In this document: positions 25,104-45,327 of the stretch, one piece after another | Position numbering within the stretch: position 1 is the first letter of the stretch | Layout: the number at the start of each line of letters is the position of its first letter | Source: Neocallimastix sp. 'constans' | Taxonomy: Eukaryota | Reading direction: 5' to 3' | DNA: 64,000 nt | NCBI GenBank assembly: GCA_050613775.1 | Contig: JBODTK010000118.1 | Coordinates: forward strand, 310,001-374,000 | The notes under the pieces: generated by a model | What the model was told of the DNA's origin: nothing | Databases searched by the model: none | What the model saw: the letters and a program-made list of their open reading frames with translations, nothing else | Position numbers and translations under genes: made by a program

Positions 25104-25252
25104 TTTGATTATTTAATTTATTCATATATTTTATATTTAATTTTTGTTTTATGTTTTATATTTAATACTTTATATTGTATTTTTTTATTTTTAGAATTAT
25201 TACTTAATTTAATAGAATGTTGATTTAACAGCTTTTTTTTTTAGATAGTTTT

Positions 25253-25296
<44 letters not shown>

Positions 25297-25586
25297 TATT
25301 ATTATTTTTTTTAAAAAAGTATATTGATATTCAATATATTTTTATTAAATTATTTTATATATATATATTTTTTCAATTAAATAGTATTTTTGTATATATT
25401 ATTTTATTATTGCATTTTTCAATTATTTTAAAATATTAAAATAACCATTGTAAATGAATAACTATGAAAAGTTCTATAATTTTTATATCTTCAAAAATAA
25501 ATATTAATAAAATAAAATTTATTTTGTTACTAAAATTATTTATTAATATGAATTAATGTATTATTTTAAATATAAAAAATATTATG

Positions 25587-25620
<34 letters not shown>

Positions 25621-26705
25621 TAATAAAAATATTATTTATAAATAAAATTTTTATTTTTTTCTTTATATATATATATCCTTTAAAATGTTGAATAAAAGTT
25701 TTGAATTGAATTTTAATTATTAAAAATAAAGTATATTAAAATATATATATAGATATATAAAGATTATATTAATTTTACTTTATTAAATTTGTTTAAAAAA
25801 TATTATATTATATATATTTACCTATATCTAATTTCCCGTTCAATTATTTTATATAAATTTATTATTTTTATATATATGTAAATAACACTTTTATACATAT
25901 AAAATTTTAAATTTTTTGGATTAATATTTTATATAATATTTTTTTTTCTTTTCCTTCTTTTCCCTTTTAAAATTTTATATAATTAATTTCTAATATTTTA
26001 GTAATTAATAATATTTTAATTATAAAAAGAAAAACAAACTATTAAATTATATAAAATTTTTTTTTTTTTTTCTTTTTTTTTTTTAATAAAATAACATATT
26101 TAATCTTTGCGTTTTAATATACATATATTAAAATAAGAGTTTATATTTAGATAAAGAGATAAAGGTTTTTAGCATATTAAAATAAATTACTTTTTTTATT
26201 TTTCAAAAAAAATAATAAATAAATAAATAATAATATTTAATAATATAAAATTGTTAATTTTTAAGGAATAATAAATGTATAAAGCACATATAAAGAAGAA
26301 GAATATATATATAAAAAGATTAAAATATTACCAAAATTTTATATAATATAAAATTATACCTTTAAATTTTTTATTTTATTTATTTGAAATAAAATAAAAA
26401 ATTAATTAAGAATATAATAATATAAAAATATTAATTAAAATGAAAATTCAAAAAATAAACTAAATAATTTAAAATTCTATTTTATTTACTTTTCAAATGA
26501 GTATAAAATAAAATATAATTGTAACTTTATATCCACTTCAGTATTCCCTTCTTCCACTTAAATTATTATCCCTTATAGTTCATATTTCACTACTACAATT
26601 ATATAATTATATTATTATTATTATTATTATTAATGACCTTTAAATCTTCAAATATAAAAAATTAAAATCTAAAAAAAATAAGGTCGTAAAATAATAATAT
26701 ATCAA

Positions 26706-26745
<40 letters not shown>

Positions 26746-27119
26746 AAAAAGAAAAAGTAAATGAAAAACGAGAAAAAATAAAAAAAATATAAAAAACCAA
26801 AAAAAAAAAAAAATATATAATTTTTAATATATATTTTTTTTTTCTTATTTAGATATGGATTTAATTAATATTAAAAATCATTTCAATGTTCAATATATCA
26901 AATATATTCAATTAATATTTATAATATATAATTTTTATATATATATTTTTTATAATTAATTTATAGTTTTAGTTACTTTCTATATATAAACTATAATTTA
27001 TAATAATTTACATTTTAAAATTTATGATATACAAATAAAATGTTATATCTAACTAATATATTTAATATATGATACTGTTGATTTTAAATATTAATTATCT
27101 TTACTTTATTAATTGTAAA

Positions 27120-27460
27120 ATTATTATTTAATAGTTTATATTAATTATTATTTAATAGTTTATATTAATTATTATTTAATAGTTATTACTAACTACTTTA
27201 TAATTATTATTTAATATTTAATAGTTTATAATTATAATGTATTATTTAATGATCATTATTCATTATTTAATATTTATCATTTATAATTAATAACTATTCA
27301 TTATTTAATAATTACTATTCATTATTTAATAATTACTATTCATTATTTAATTATTAGTATTCATTATTTAATTAATATTATTCATTATTTAATATTTAAT
27401 TATTATTCATTATTTAATAATTATTATTCATTATTTAATAAGTATTACTCACTATCTTTT
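27120..27460. repeat. Degenerate AT-rich minisatellite (~21-24 bp units, attcattatttaataattact-like)
   Basis: Repeated ttattatttaatagttt and attcattatttaa units read directly. Confidence 0.8.
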
Positions 27461-29645
27461 ATTTATAATATATTATTTATTATTCAATAATATATATGTA
27501 ATAAATTATTATAATTATATTTAATCCATACAATAGAATAATATATATAATCATAAATTAATAATATTTGTTGTTTTTTAGTTGTTTTTTTTTTTTATTT
27601 TATGGATATTTCATTTATATTAATTTAAGTCATGTTACATAAAATAGATTAATATATCTTTTTGACTCTAATATATATAATGCGTTTTAAATAATGAATA
27701 TTTTATTATATTAATAATATATATTATTATATATCACACTTTCAAATTTATTATATTAATATTAATAACCATTACAATTATTAATATATGTCAATATATT
27801 ATAATATATATGATAATAGTTTGATTACTATTTAAGGTATTTAGGATAAATCACATTCTTCATTATTCCTAAAATGTTAATTTATTTTTCATTGAATGTA
27901 TTAATATATTAAAGTTAATATTACTAACTATTTAGACGCAATATATTATTTAATTTATATAATAAATAATATTATATTATTAATATATTAATAGACTCTG
28001 GAAAAATTTAAAAAAAAATTTTTCCCATTATTAAATTAAAAAAAAAAAGAGTACTTTTCTATTTTTATTCTGTACTAAGGTTAAAAGGGAAGATGCACAT
28101 TTTAGAGAAAAAGATCACTTAACATATTATTACTTTATTCACTTTTATAATATAAAATATAAATATTAAATACTATACAATATATATGCATGATATTTAT
28201 ATTCTTTAAATTATTATTTCTTAATGGAATAATATAATTAATATAATATGTATTTTTCTTTTTCTTTTATATTATTATCTTAGAGTATGTATTATTGTAT
28301 ATATTAAGTACAATATTTTAATGATTAAATAAAACCTTTTAAATAGAAAAAATTAAAAAGTTTAATAATATATAAACATAAAATAAAATAGTATCGTTTA
28401 ATCATTATTATTTAATTTATTTAAATGTTTGGTTAATATTTATATTAGAATTTTAATATTAAAAAAAAAAAATAACTACATTATCAAATAAATAAATATT
28501 ATTATTTATAACTTTTTTAAATATATGCCAATTATATTTTTTTTTGTTGTTGTTCTATATTAATTAATTCAACATAATGATTATATATCTTTATTATTAA
28601 AATATACCTATATAAAAAAAATTAAATATTATTAACTATTTTTTCTTTTCAACTTTTATTAAAGTAATAAAATAATAAACATTTATTATTTCTTATATAA
28701 AGTCCATTTTTTATAAACTTTTTTTTAAAAAAAAAATTAATAATTAATAAATTATAAAAACTTAAAATACAGAAAATTTACTGAGTAATTTTTTTTAATT
28801 ATATATTTTTTTTTAATTATTATAAATTAAATTTAATATAAATTTTGTATATATATTAATTTATAAATAATCTACAAATTTTATAATTAATAAGATTATA
28901 AAATTTAATATTAAATTTACCTTTTTTTTTTATTTTTTATTTTTTTTTGAAAAAAAAAATTAAATTAAAATTTAGCAATATAATAACATTTATAGAAAAT
29001 ATTAAATATTATTTTATATTTTTATTCTTATTAAACTTATATCTACATAATAATAATTTATATCTTTATTTATAACAACATAATTAGATCAAAGAATGGT
29101 AAAAAACGATAAATATATTTTTTATCAATTATTAATTATTAAAAGTCACTATATATTGACATATTTTTTTTATAAGAAGAATATTTAACTTATAATTTTA
29201 TTTACATTTTATATAATTATTTTCATATACAAAAAAAAGATTCATAAACTAATTGTTAATTATTTAATATTTTAAATATTTTAATAAATATAAAACATAG
29301 TAACATGACACTAATTTTATAAAACTTTATAAACTTTATTTAAAAGTGACATATATTGTTTTGTATGTAAAAAGTTTATCCTTCCTATTGAAGCTCTAAG
29401 GCTAAATCCTATCTAGCATGAACTAGAGTATTTAAAGGTTTGATTAGTTCATTATACATACGTATATAATATATACAATATAATGTGAATTATAACTAAA
29501 AAAATTTTCATTTCCTATATTTATAGAGATGGTTAAATTAATATATCAAAAAATGAAATTGTTAATAATGTGCTTATATACTAAATGATATAGGATAATG
29601 AAATAAATTCTCTATTTCAAGTATTAATATCAATTATAAAAATAG

Positions 29646-29697
<52 letters not shown>

Positions 29698-31059
29698 TAT
29701 AGTAGCATAAATACTTTAATCAAATAATTATAATATATAAAATCAATAGTTATAATAATCATAATTTTATTTTTATTTTTTTATTTATTATTGTTATTAG
29801 TACTTTCTATTCAATGAAAAAAAAAAAAAAAATCGACTTTTTTATTTTATAAGCTTTTATTTTTCAAGTTTATTATTTATAATTATTTATAGAAATAGTT
29901 TTAGTGGTTTCAAGTAATATATATATTTAATAATAAAAATCATTCAATATCCATTGAAAATATTTTTAGAAATTTTTAACCTATTATAAAAATTAAAAAA
30001 CATTTAAAAGATATTTTAATCCAACATTGTAGAATTATATATTCATAGAGTATAGTTCTTTCTTATTTTTTATATATAAATTATATCGTAATATTATAAT
30101 TTGTTTTTTCATGGAATATTCATAATAATTTTATTTTATTCTATTTTATCTTATTTTTCTTATTTTTCTTATTTTTTATTATTAAAAAATACAAATCCTT
30201 TATCTTTTAAAAATAAAATATATATATAATTCTTATTATGTTTTGTTTTACTCATTTTATATAGATGATTAATAAAATTAATTTATATCAATTAAATTTT
30301 AATGCTTGATATTTCATTAATATAATTCATATAAATTAATCTCCAAACATTTAAAATACAAAATTTAATTTATATAAATATTAATGAATGTATGTACAAT
30401 TTTTATTTTATTTTTTAATGATTATGTATTGGATGTAATACATATATACATATATATATACAAAATTTAGTTTTCTGTGTAACCCCTTCAATCTATATAT
30501 TTTATGTTATTAAAATTACCATTTATTATATTTTAAAACTATATAAAAGCATTTAATTAATAAGTTAATAATAGAATTTGTTTTTTCATATTAAATTTTA
30601 TTTCCTTTTTTGAAACATAATATTCCTTTTCTCTTCTTTAAATAAAAACCTTAAATATGAATATCTGATAATAAAATTTGATATAAATTATTGATTTTTG
30701 TGAAAATTATAATAACATGATTAAATCTATTTAACTCGTTTTAATTCAGTAATGCTTTCAATAATAAATATATTCAATTGTTTTTGTTTGAATTTAATAT
30801 CACATCAACTAAAACATTTCTTCTTTGTTTTTTCCCTCTATTTAAATTATCATAACATTTTTATGATAGTAGTTTTGAAGAATTATATCACTTTTCATCT
30901 ATAAAGCTGTTACTATTATTTATAAAATTAATAATATTTTAATAATAATTTTACTCTTGAATAATAATATCATCCTTCATTACTTTCATAAATATTTCTT
31001 TTCACTCAAAAAAACTTAAAACGTTCCATTGAAATAGCCTAAACCTGTCTAATATATTC

Positions 31060-31091
<32 letters not shown>

Positions 31092-31369
31092 CAAATAAGC
31101 ATTATCAATTTTCTTATTTTTGGGTGTTATTCTTATTGTGATATTTTATTATATAAATTTATATTATATATTATAAGAAAATCATTATTTAATGAACCAT
31201 AGATTTACATGGTAAACCTTTGTATGATTAAAATTCCTGTTGAAAGGATAATGAATATCATAGATATTTCTTACTTCTCTAAAATATTTATATGTTCTCT
31301 TTTTAATTTGTATTAATTAGAATAAATTGAATTATATAATTAATATGTACAAAAATAGAAAATGTGCTT

Positions 31370-31428
<59 letters not shown>

Positions 31429-31684
31429 TATATTTTCCCTATTTTTTCATAAAACTTTTTTAGAAAATTTTGAATATATTGACTTGAAATATATATTAAT
31501 ATATTTTATTTTTAAAAAAAAAAATAATAAAAAATAAAAGAAAAAGTATAAAAATAAAGACTATTGAAGTTATTGTGATTAATTTTCTATATGTGCTGTA
31601 AAAATAAAAATATTTTTTAAAAGAATTTTTAAAAAAATATACAATATATAAAAAAACTATTATTATTATTTTTTTATCTTGAGA

Positions 31685-31802
31685 ATGGGTATGAAATAAT
31701 TAATTTTGAAAATTCTTTTGTTTATTCATATGATCTATTATTTTTGTATTTATATACTTTGTATAAATATTTATAAATATATATATATATATATATTTCA
31801 TT

Positions 31803-31839
<37 letters not shown>

Positions 31840-31922
31840 TTTAGCAAAAGGTATGAAAAATGAAAATGAAGATAATGCAGTGTAATTGTTTAATAAATAG
31901 AAATTTAATTCTTGATGCATTT

Positions 31923-31985
<63 letters not shown>

Positions 31986-34900
31986 AAATTTAATTAAATT
32001 GTTTTTAATATTATTTATTATATAGAGGTAATGAAATATCAGATGAAGAGTTAAATATTTACATTGAAAAATGTATAAAAGAAAATAACTTAAATAAGAT
32101 AAAAAATGCTATTGAGAATAAACCAAATTACAAAGAAAAGGAGTTCAATAAAAATTTTTTAATTATTTCAATTCAACAAACAAGTGATAGAGCTATAATA
32201 GAATATTTTATTAACAATGAAAATAATTTTAATTATGAATATTTTTTTGGGAAAACACCTCTTGGTGAAGCTCTTAATAATCATAACTTTTATATAGCAG
32301 ATATATTATTAAAAAAAAAAGCTAATATTAATTATATCAATTCAAGGGGACAAAATATATTTTTTTATTTAAATCAATCAAAAGATAAACCATTAGACGC
32401 TCAAGTCTTAAAATATTTAATTAAAAATGGTGCTAATTATAGTTGGAAAAATCTCCAAAACATGTCATATTTGGACTGTATGCTAAAGAATAATAATATA
32501 AAATTTGTAGATACCATGTTAAATTCTATTAGCTTTAATAATGATTTTATTTTGGATATATTATTGAATGTTAAAAATAAGAAAAGGTATTCAAGAGAAG
32601 TATGGTATAATAAAATAAACGAGCAATATCAAAAAATTGATATCAATAAGGATGTGATCAAAATTATAATTAAAAATAGAAGTGAACAAATGTTTGATTT
32701 AATTTTGAAGTATACTGCAAAACCATCAAATGATAAATTATTAAATTTGATGATGCATCTCGTATGCAGAGAGAAGAACGTTGAATTTTTAAAAAAATTG
32801 ATAAAAAAGGGAGTTAATGTTAATTGCAAAGAGGAAGAAACCTTAGCTACACCATTAATGGAATTAAGTTTTATTGAAAAAGGTTTAAAATGTATAAATC
32901 AAAATATATATGATATGTTTGTGTTGTTAATTGAAGCAGGAGCTGATATTAATGCTAGAGATGCCAATGGAAAAACAGCATTAATGCATATTTTAAGTAC
33001 TAAAAAAGTTTCTATAAAATTAATCAAATTTTTAATTAAACATGGTGCCGAAGTAAATGATTTATGTAAAAATGGTTATTCTCCATTGATTTATGCTTGT
33101 CAAGGGAATAAAAAGTCTGTTATTAAATCTCTTATTGAATTGGGAGCTAATATAGAATTTACTAGTAAGGATGGAAAATCTTTCCTTATTCATGCTGCCA
33201 TGAATGGTTGTATCTATTTAACAGAGTATTTAATAGAAAATAATATTGATAAAAATATAAATTATGTAGATAAATCTTTAAAAACGCCTCTCATGTATGC
33301 TGTCCAAAGTAAAAACTTAAACTTAGTTAAATATCTTATAGAAAATGGTGCTAACATAAATTTTATCAGTAATAAAAACCAATCTGCTTTAAGTATGCTA
33401 TTAGCAAAGCCCTTATTAAAAAAGGGAATGCTTATTCTTAACTATTTAGTGGATCATGGTGCCGACATAAATAGAGTCTATACGATGGAAGATAATACCG
33501 GCATATTTTATTATCAGGAAACACCACTTATACATGCCATAAAACTTCAAAAATTTGAATTGATAAAGTTTTTAGTGGATCATGGAGCTGATGTTAATAC
33601 TAAACTTAGTAATGGAAACACAGCAATTTATTATGCTATAATACATTCCAAGCCAAGTGAAATTGTTACAATAGTTAATTATCTTTTAGAGAAGGGCGCT
33701 CATGTTAATGAAATTATTAATGAAAATAATGAAACACCACTTTTTGAGGCCGTAAAATCTGGTAATCATCAGATTATTCAATTATTGATTGATCATGGTG
33801 CTAATATTAATCATAAAAATAAAGATAACAATATAGCAATGCGATACAAAATTTATAAACGAAATGTGCCCAATTTTGTTTCTCTTTTGGTGAATGAAAA
33901 AACCAACTTTGAAGAATTAAATAAGAGTGAAGGTAGAAGTCTTTTTCATTATGCTATCACCTACCAGAATGAATATCTTTTTAATTATATTATGAATAGT
34001 GAAGCTTTTACCATAAATATTAATCATAAAGATTCACGTCATTTCACACCACTCATGCTTGCTGTCGGTACTGAAAATATCAATATTATAACAAAAATTC
34101 TTGAAAGAAAACCAAAGATTAATGAAAAAAGCCTTAATTTAGAAACAGCACTGCATATTGCTGTAGAGCGAAGAAATTTGAAAATTACAAAATTATTAAT
34201 AGAGCATGGGGCCAAAATTGATAATTCAAATGTTATAATGAATAAGAAAATGCTTTTTAATGCAATTCCAAGCTTCAGAATTATTCAACTTCTTGTAAAA
34301 CATGGGTTTACAATTAATGACTTTATAATTAATAGTGAAAATGACTATGGAGAATATCCGTTAAGTTATGCAGTACGAAACTTGAAATATAGTAGCGTTA
34401 ATTTCCTATTGGCTAATGGGGCAAACTTTAATAATGTGAATAGCAGAAATGGTAAACTACCTCTACAAGAATTAACTACTGACTATAGAAAGCATAAAGT
34501 GGAGGATTATATAAAGATTATTGAATGCTTTATGCAATATGGGGCTGATATTAATGCGAAAAATGAAAAAGGTGAAACCCTTTTATTTTCACTTCTTAAT
34601 CATTACAGTAGGGACCTAATGAATTCATTAATTAAATATCTGATAAAAGAACAGCATGCGGATTATAATGTACAAAATAATGATGGTATCACCTTTTTAA
34701 TGAGTCTTGTTCATGATAAGAAGGCAAATATAGAAATTATTAAATATTTAATAGACGAAATAAAAATTCCTGTTGACATTACTGATAATAATGGCAACAC
34801 AGTATTAATGTATGCTTTTCGAAATGATAATGAAACAATTTATAATTATTTTTTTAATAAATGCAAAGATTTTAATTGTAGAAATAACCATCAACAAAAT

Positions 34901-36334
34901 TTATTAATGTACATCATACGATCTGTTGATCTAGAAACAATTAAATATTTAGTTCAACAAGGTATAAATATTAATGATGTAGATGATAAGGGAAGAAATG
35001 CGCTTTTCTATCTATGTCAAGACATTCCATTGAACTATAATGCTGATATGAGTCATCGCTATTCTTACTTTGCAAAGACCAAATGGAGGGATATTTTTAA
35101 ATATTTAGTCCAGGAAGGAATTGATGTTAATTGTATAGATGATGACGGAAGAAATATTCTCTTCTACGTTAATGATATAGAAATGATGAAAATTGCTATG
35201 GATCATGGAGCAGAGATAACTCATTTAGATCATCAAGGACGTTCCGTCCTATTCACACTAGAATATTCAGAATTACTGATGTATGCCATGGAACATGGAG
35301 TAGATGCCTCTATTCGTGATGTTGATGGACATACAGCACTCTATACAAAAACAACTGAAAGATTTCAATCAGATACTATTAAATATTTACTCCAACATGG
35401 AGCTGATATTAATGATATCCAATTTAGTATTGAGAATCATTTTACTTTAAAGTATTCTTATACCACCAGTTTAATAAATCAAATGATTGACCTTAACTTT
35501 AATTTTGATACTATCAACATTAACGACAAAATTGAGAATGAAAATAAAAATGAAAATAATGAAGGAATAGTTAAAGAAACATTTTTAGATTACTTAATTT
35601 TTACCTACTATTATCGAGATACTAAAGAATTTGTAAGTTTTATTAAGAAGGCTATCGATAAAAACTTATTTGATATTAATCGTAAAAATTTTATTGGAGA
35701 TACACCATTACTTTACCTCATGAGAAAATTAAATCAACGTGTTATTAAAGATGAAGAAGTAATGTATGATCTTCTTCTTTATATGGCGGATCATGGTGCC
35801 TCATTGGATGAATATAGTGTTGAAAATAAAACACCACTTTATTATGCCTTAATCTATAGTGCAGATTTATCTATACAATTTTATAATCGTGGTGCACGTA
35901 TTCTTTCTCTTATGGGTCGAACAAAAGTGATTATTAATGTGAAAAATATTTTATTACATGAAAAAAGTAATGATTCTATTAAATGTGAAATGATTCGTTT
36001 CCTTCAATATATTGATCATATTGATTTTAAGGAAAAAGTAAATGGTATCTACCCTATCTTTTTAGCTATAGAAAATAAGTGTTATAGTGTTATTAATTAT
36101 CTCATATCAGAAAAGGCTTCTCTCTCTAAAAAAAATGATAAAAATGAAACCGTTATGGATGTTGCTAAGCGTATTGGAGATCAATTCATTATACAAATGA
36201 TTTCAGAACAAAAGGAATGGATAGATTATGAAAAGAAATTAGAAAAAGAAAAAGAAGAAATAGAAAAAGAAAAAGAAGCCAATATTATAATTGATGAAGA
36301 AGAAGAAGAAGATATATTCTTTTGTATTGAATAA
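31685..36334 (+). CDS. Large ankyrin-repeat protein, ~1449 aa, 3 exons
   Basis: The frame of ORF 32462..36334 stays open upstream to an acceptor at 32025. Proposed exons 31685-31688, 31845-31881 and 32026-36334 give MAKGMKNENEDNAVGNEISDEE...; the start could instead be ATG 31853. Many G-x-TPL/AL...L-x-x-GA(D/N)IN repeats and an acidic C-terminal tail. Confidence 0.9.
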
Positions 36335-36557
36335 AAATTAAATAACATTAAAATTTATTAATTTAAATTTATTAATTTTAAATTTATCTATTTATTTATT
36401 TATTTATTTATTCATTTATTTATTTAAAATTAATTTAATTTAAATGTTTTAAATTAATTTATTTTAATTTATTATAAATATTTAAAGATTTTTTTGTAAT
36501 AATTTGATAAAATAAAATTTAATAAAAAAAAAAAGTGAAATATCCATCTTTTAAAAT

Positions 36558-36595
<38 letters not shown>

Positions 36596-36728
36596 CTTAC
36601 TTTTTTTATATATTTATTTTTTTGAAATTATTGATACTTTTTATTTATAACAATATCATTGTAAATATATATATATATATAATAGTTGTATTACTATTAA
36701 TGTTAAATTAAATTAACAATTTATAAAA

Positions 36729-41669
<4,941 letters not shown>

Positions 41670-41714
41670 ACTATTAATTAATAATTATTTATAATATAAT
41701 TAAAAAAAAAAAAA

Positions 41715-41830
41715 CTATAAATAAAAAAAATTATAAAATAAAAAAAATTATAAATAAAAAAAATTATAAATAAAAAAAATTATAAATAAAAAAAATTATA
41801 AATAAAAAAAATTATAAATAAAAAAATTAA
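41715..41830. repeat. Short tandem repeat (ttataaataaaaaaaa, ~6 copies) 3' of ankyrin gene 2
   Basis: Read directly; A-run length varies. Confidence 0.8.
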
Positions 41831-42684
41831 AATATAATATAAAAAATTAAAAAAGATACAAAAATCTAATTTTTTAATTAAATTAAATAATTAATAATAA
41901 TAAGTAAATAAATTTTTAAAATATGGAAAAAGTAATAATTGATATTTTTATAATAAATTAAAATTATTTTTTGTGGAATTTTTTTCAATTATTAATTTAT
42001 TATTGTATACATTAATGTATTGAAATAGTTTAAAAATTTTAGATTTTTAAAAATTTTAATTTAAATGTTATTGGTTAAAATTTTTAGTTTAAATGATTGG
42101 ATATTATTCAATTGTAAATTGTTTTTTTTTTTTTTTTTTTTTTTTTTTGAATTTTTTATTTTATTTTAATAATAATTAAATTAATTTTTATTTAATGTAA
42201 ATTTCTTTTATATTTTATAAAGAAATTATTATAATTAAATAATTGGTATAAATAATAGTAACAATTATTACTTTTTATTATTTATTATTTATAATTATTG
42301 TTAATAATTAATATTTATAATTATTGTTAATTATTTATTATTTCTTATTTATAATTATTATTTATTAGTATTATTAATATTTATTATTATATTTTATTAT
42401 AAAAAATTTATTTATAAAAAAATATATTTAATATTATTTTATTAATATATATTAATATTTATATTTATTATTTAAACTTAATATACAATTATTTTTTAAT
42501 TTTTCGATATAAAAAATTTTTTACATATTATAAAAAAAAAAAAAAAATTTAAAAAATTTTATTCTACACCTAAATATATATATATTTTTTTTTTCAATTT
42601 TTAAAAAATAATTTATTATATATTTATTTATTATAATTTTTTATATACATATTATTTTTTGCTAGTATAAATTAATTATATAAA

Positions 42685-42963
42685 ATGGGTAAAAGAAGAG
42701 AAGTTATTGCCACTAGTAAGCAAAATATTGATATGGATTATGATTCTTCATCTGATGAAGAAAATACTTCATTAGGTAAAAAAGCTTTGCTTTCCATGGC
42801 TAAATTAAATAGTGGTGAAGAAATGGAAGTTGATGAAGAAGAAACAAAGACTGTTGAAAATAAAGATAACCAACCAAAAGAATTTAAAAATAGACAAAGA
42901 GTTATGCTTCTTTGTTCAAGAGGTATCACTGCTAGGTAAAAATTATAAATCAAAAAAAAAAAC

Positions 42964-43012
<49 letters not shown>

Positions 43013-43204
43013 TGTAATATACAAAAAAAAAAAAAAGAATAAAAGGAAAGGAAAGAGATTTCAAATTAGAATCAATTATTTTCAATGTCATTAAATATAA
43101 TTGAATATAGTTAATGGAATACAAATAATTATATTGAAAGATTAAACCCAACAAGAAGAATTAATAGAATGATAAAGAACCGTTACATAGATGTTTTATT
43201 ATAT

Positions 43205-43270
<66 letters not shown>

Positions 43271-45052
43271 AAATAATAATATTTAAAAATCAATATGAAT
43301 TGAACCATGAAGAATTTCATTAAAGAATATGGAATTTCTTATCTAATACAAATCAATGATATGGGATTAATAATTAAATTTCTTTTATTAACAAATTTCA
43401 ACAAATATATAAATATTTTTTTCAATAAATGAATAAGATTTATACTTAGAAAATGGAATGAAAAAGTAATTTTAACAATTTATTTATATATATATATTTA
43501 TGAAATAGACATCGTCACTTAATGTCAGATTTACAGGCCCTTTTACCACACGCTAAAAAAGGTATATTTAAAATTAAAATTTATATATATAGGAACAAAA
43601 TGGAAAAAAAATATACTAACAATTTATATAAAATTTTATTAAATTAATTAATAGATAGTAAACTTGATTCTAAGAGTAAATTATACATTCTTAATGAATT
43701 AGCTGATATTAATAACTGTAACAACTGTATCTACTTCGAAGGTAGAAAACATACCGATTTATATATGTGGATTTCAAAAACTCCAAATGGTCCTAGTATT
43801 AAATTCCATGTTACTAATAGTAAGTAAATTAGATATTAAAGGTTTTTATTATTATTATTATAATTATTATTATTATTATTATTATTATTAAAAATTTATT
43901 TATCTAATATATATATAATATTATCATTATTATTCTTTTTATATATTTTATAAAATTTTCTTTACAATTTAATACTCGATTTTTATAAAATTCAATATAA
44001 TAATAATATAATATATATGTATATATTAATTATTTAATTTTTATATTCCAATAATAATTTATAATACGAAAAAATAAAAGTTCATACTATGAGTGAATTA
44101 CATTTAACCGGTAATTGTTTAAAAGGTTCAAGACCAATTGTTTCCTTTGATAAAACTTTTGATTCTACTCCACACTATAAATTAATTAAGGAAGTTTTAT
44201 TACATGTTAGTAAATAAGAAAACAAACTATATTAAAAATATATATATATAATAATTGATAAACCAATGAATAATAAATTTTAATTATTTTTTTCTTTTTT
44301 CTTTTTAATTTTTTTTAATTTTATTTTATTTTGTTCACCTTTTTCAATAAATAATGAATTGTTGATAATAAAAATTATAAAAGAACTTCAGTACTCCAAC
44401 TACTTCTAGAAGAATAAAACCATTTGTTGATCATGTTATAACATTCTCCATTGTTGATGGAAGAATATGGTTCAGAAACTATCAAGTATGACTTATAATA
44501 AATTTATTATAATATAAAATACTTTATAAATTTAAAAGTAAAAAAAAAAAAGATGATGTTTTATTAATAAGAAAGTATATATATATATGTATATATATAT
44601 ATTATATTATATAATTATAAATATTAGATAGTAGAAAAGGATGATGGCACTAAGAAAGAAAAAGAAATGTCTTTAGTTGAAATTGGTCCAAGATTTGTAT
44701 TACAAGTTATGAGAATCTTTGATGGTTCATTCTGTGGTTCAACATTATACAAGAATGGAGAATTCGTATCACCAAATATGGTAAAGAAAAAAAAAATAAT
44801 AATTTTTTTATTTTACGTTTTTTATAAATATTCATTTAAATTTATAATATATAATTTTTAATTTTTTTTATTAAACAAAAAAAAAAACTATTTTTTTTTT
44901 TTTCAATATTTGAAATACAGATAAGAAGATTCCAAAAGCAAGAAATGTCTATGAAATACAATGCTCGTGTTAACAAGAATCTTGATCATGCTAAACGTCT
45001 AGAAGAAGCTAATAACTTGCCAAGTGATCCATTAGATGAAGTTTTCAAATAA
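42685..45052 (+). CDS. BRX1: Ribosome biogenesis protein Brx1 (Brix domain), ~326 aa, 7 exons
   Basis: Exons 42685-42935, 43509-43561, 43655-43819, 44081-44205, 44384-44485, 44628-44780, 44921-45052; frame closes. Motifs NRQRVMLLCSRGITARHRHLMSDL, KTPNGPSIKF, ELHLTGNCLKGSRP, KPFVDHV, IWFRNYQI, LVEIGPRFVL. Confidence 0.96.
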
Positions 45053-45290
45053 AGGGAAATAATATAAAAAAAAAAAAATATTTAAAATAATAATGATTAA
45101 ACTATAATAATACAATAAGATAAAAAAAACATAATATAGATCTGTATAACACTAATAATAATAGATATTATCAAATTTTCAATTCATGTTTTAATAATAT
45201 TTAAATAAAAACAAAAAAATTTTTTAATCATATTTTTTTAAAATTATATTAATACTATATTTATAAAATTTTTTAAAATTATAAAATAAA

Positions 45291-45327
<37 letters not shown>

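Noticed and set aside
42500..42560. RRPE-like AAAAATTTTT upstream of BRX1, and tgaaaattttca near 50766 upstream of AlaRS
   Set aside because: Biologically plausible, but such words are ubiquitous at this AT content and cannot be distinguished from background by eye.
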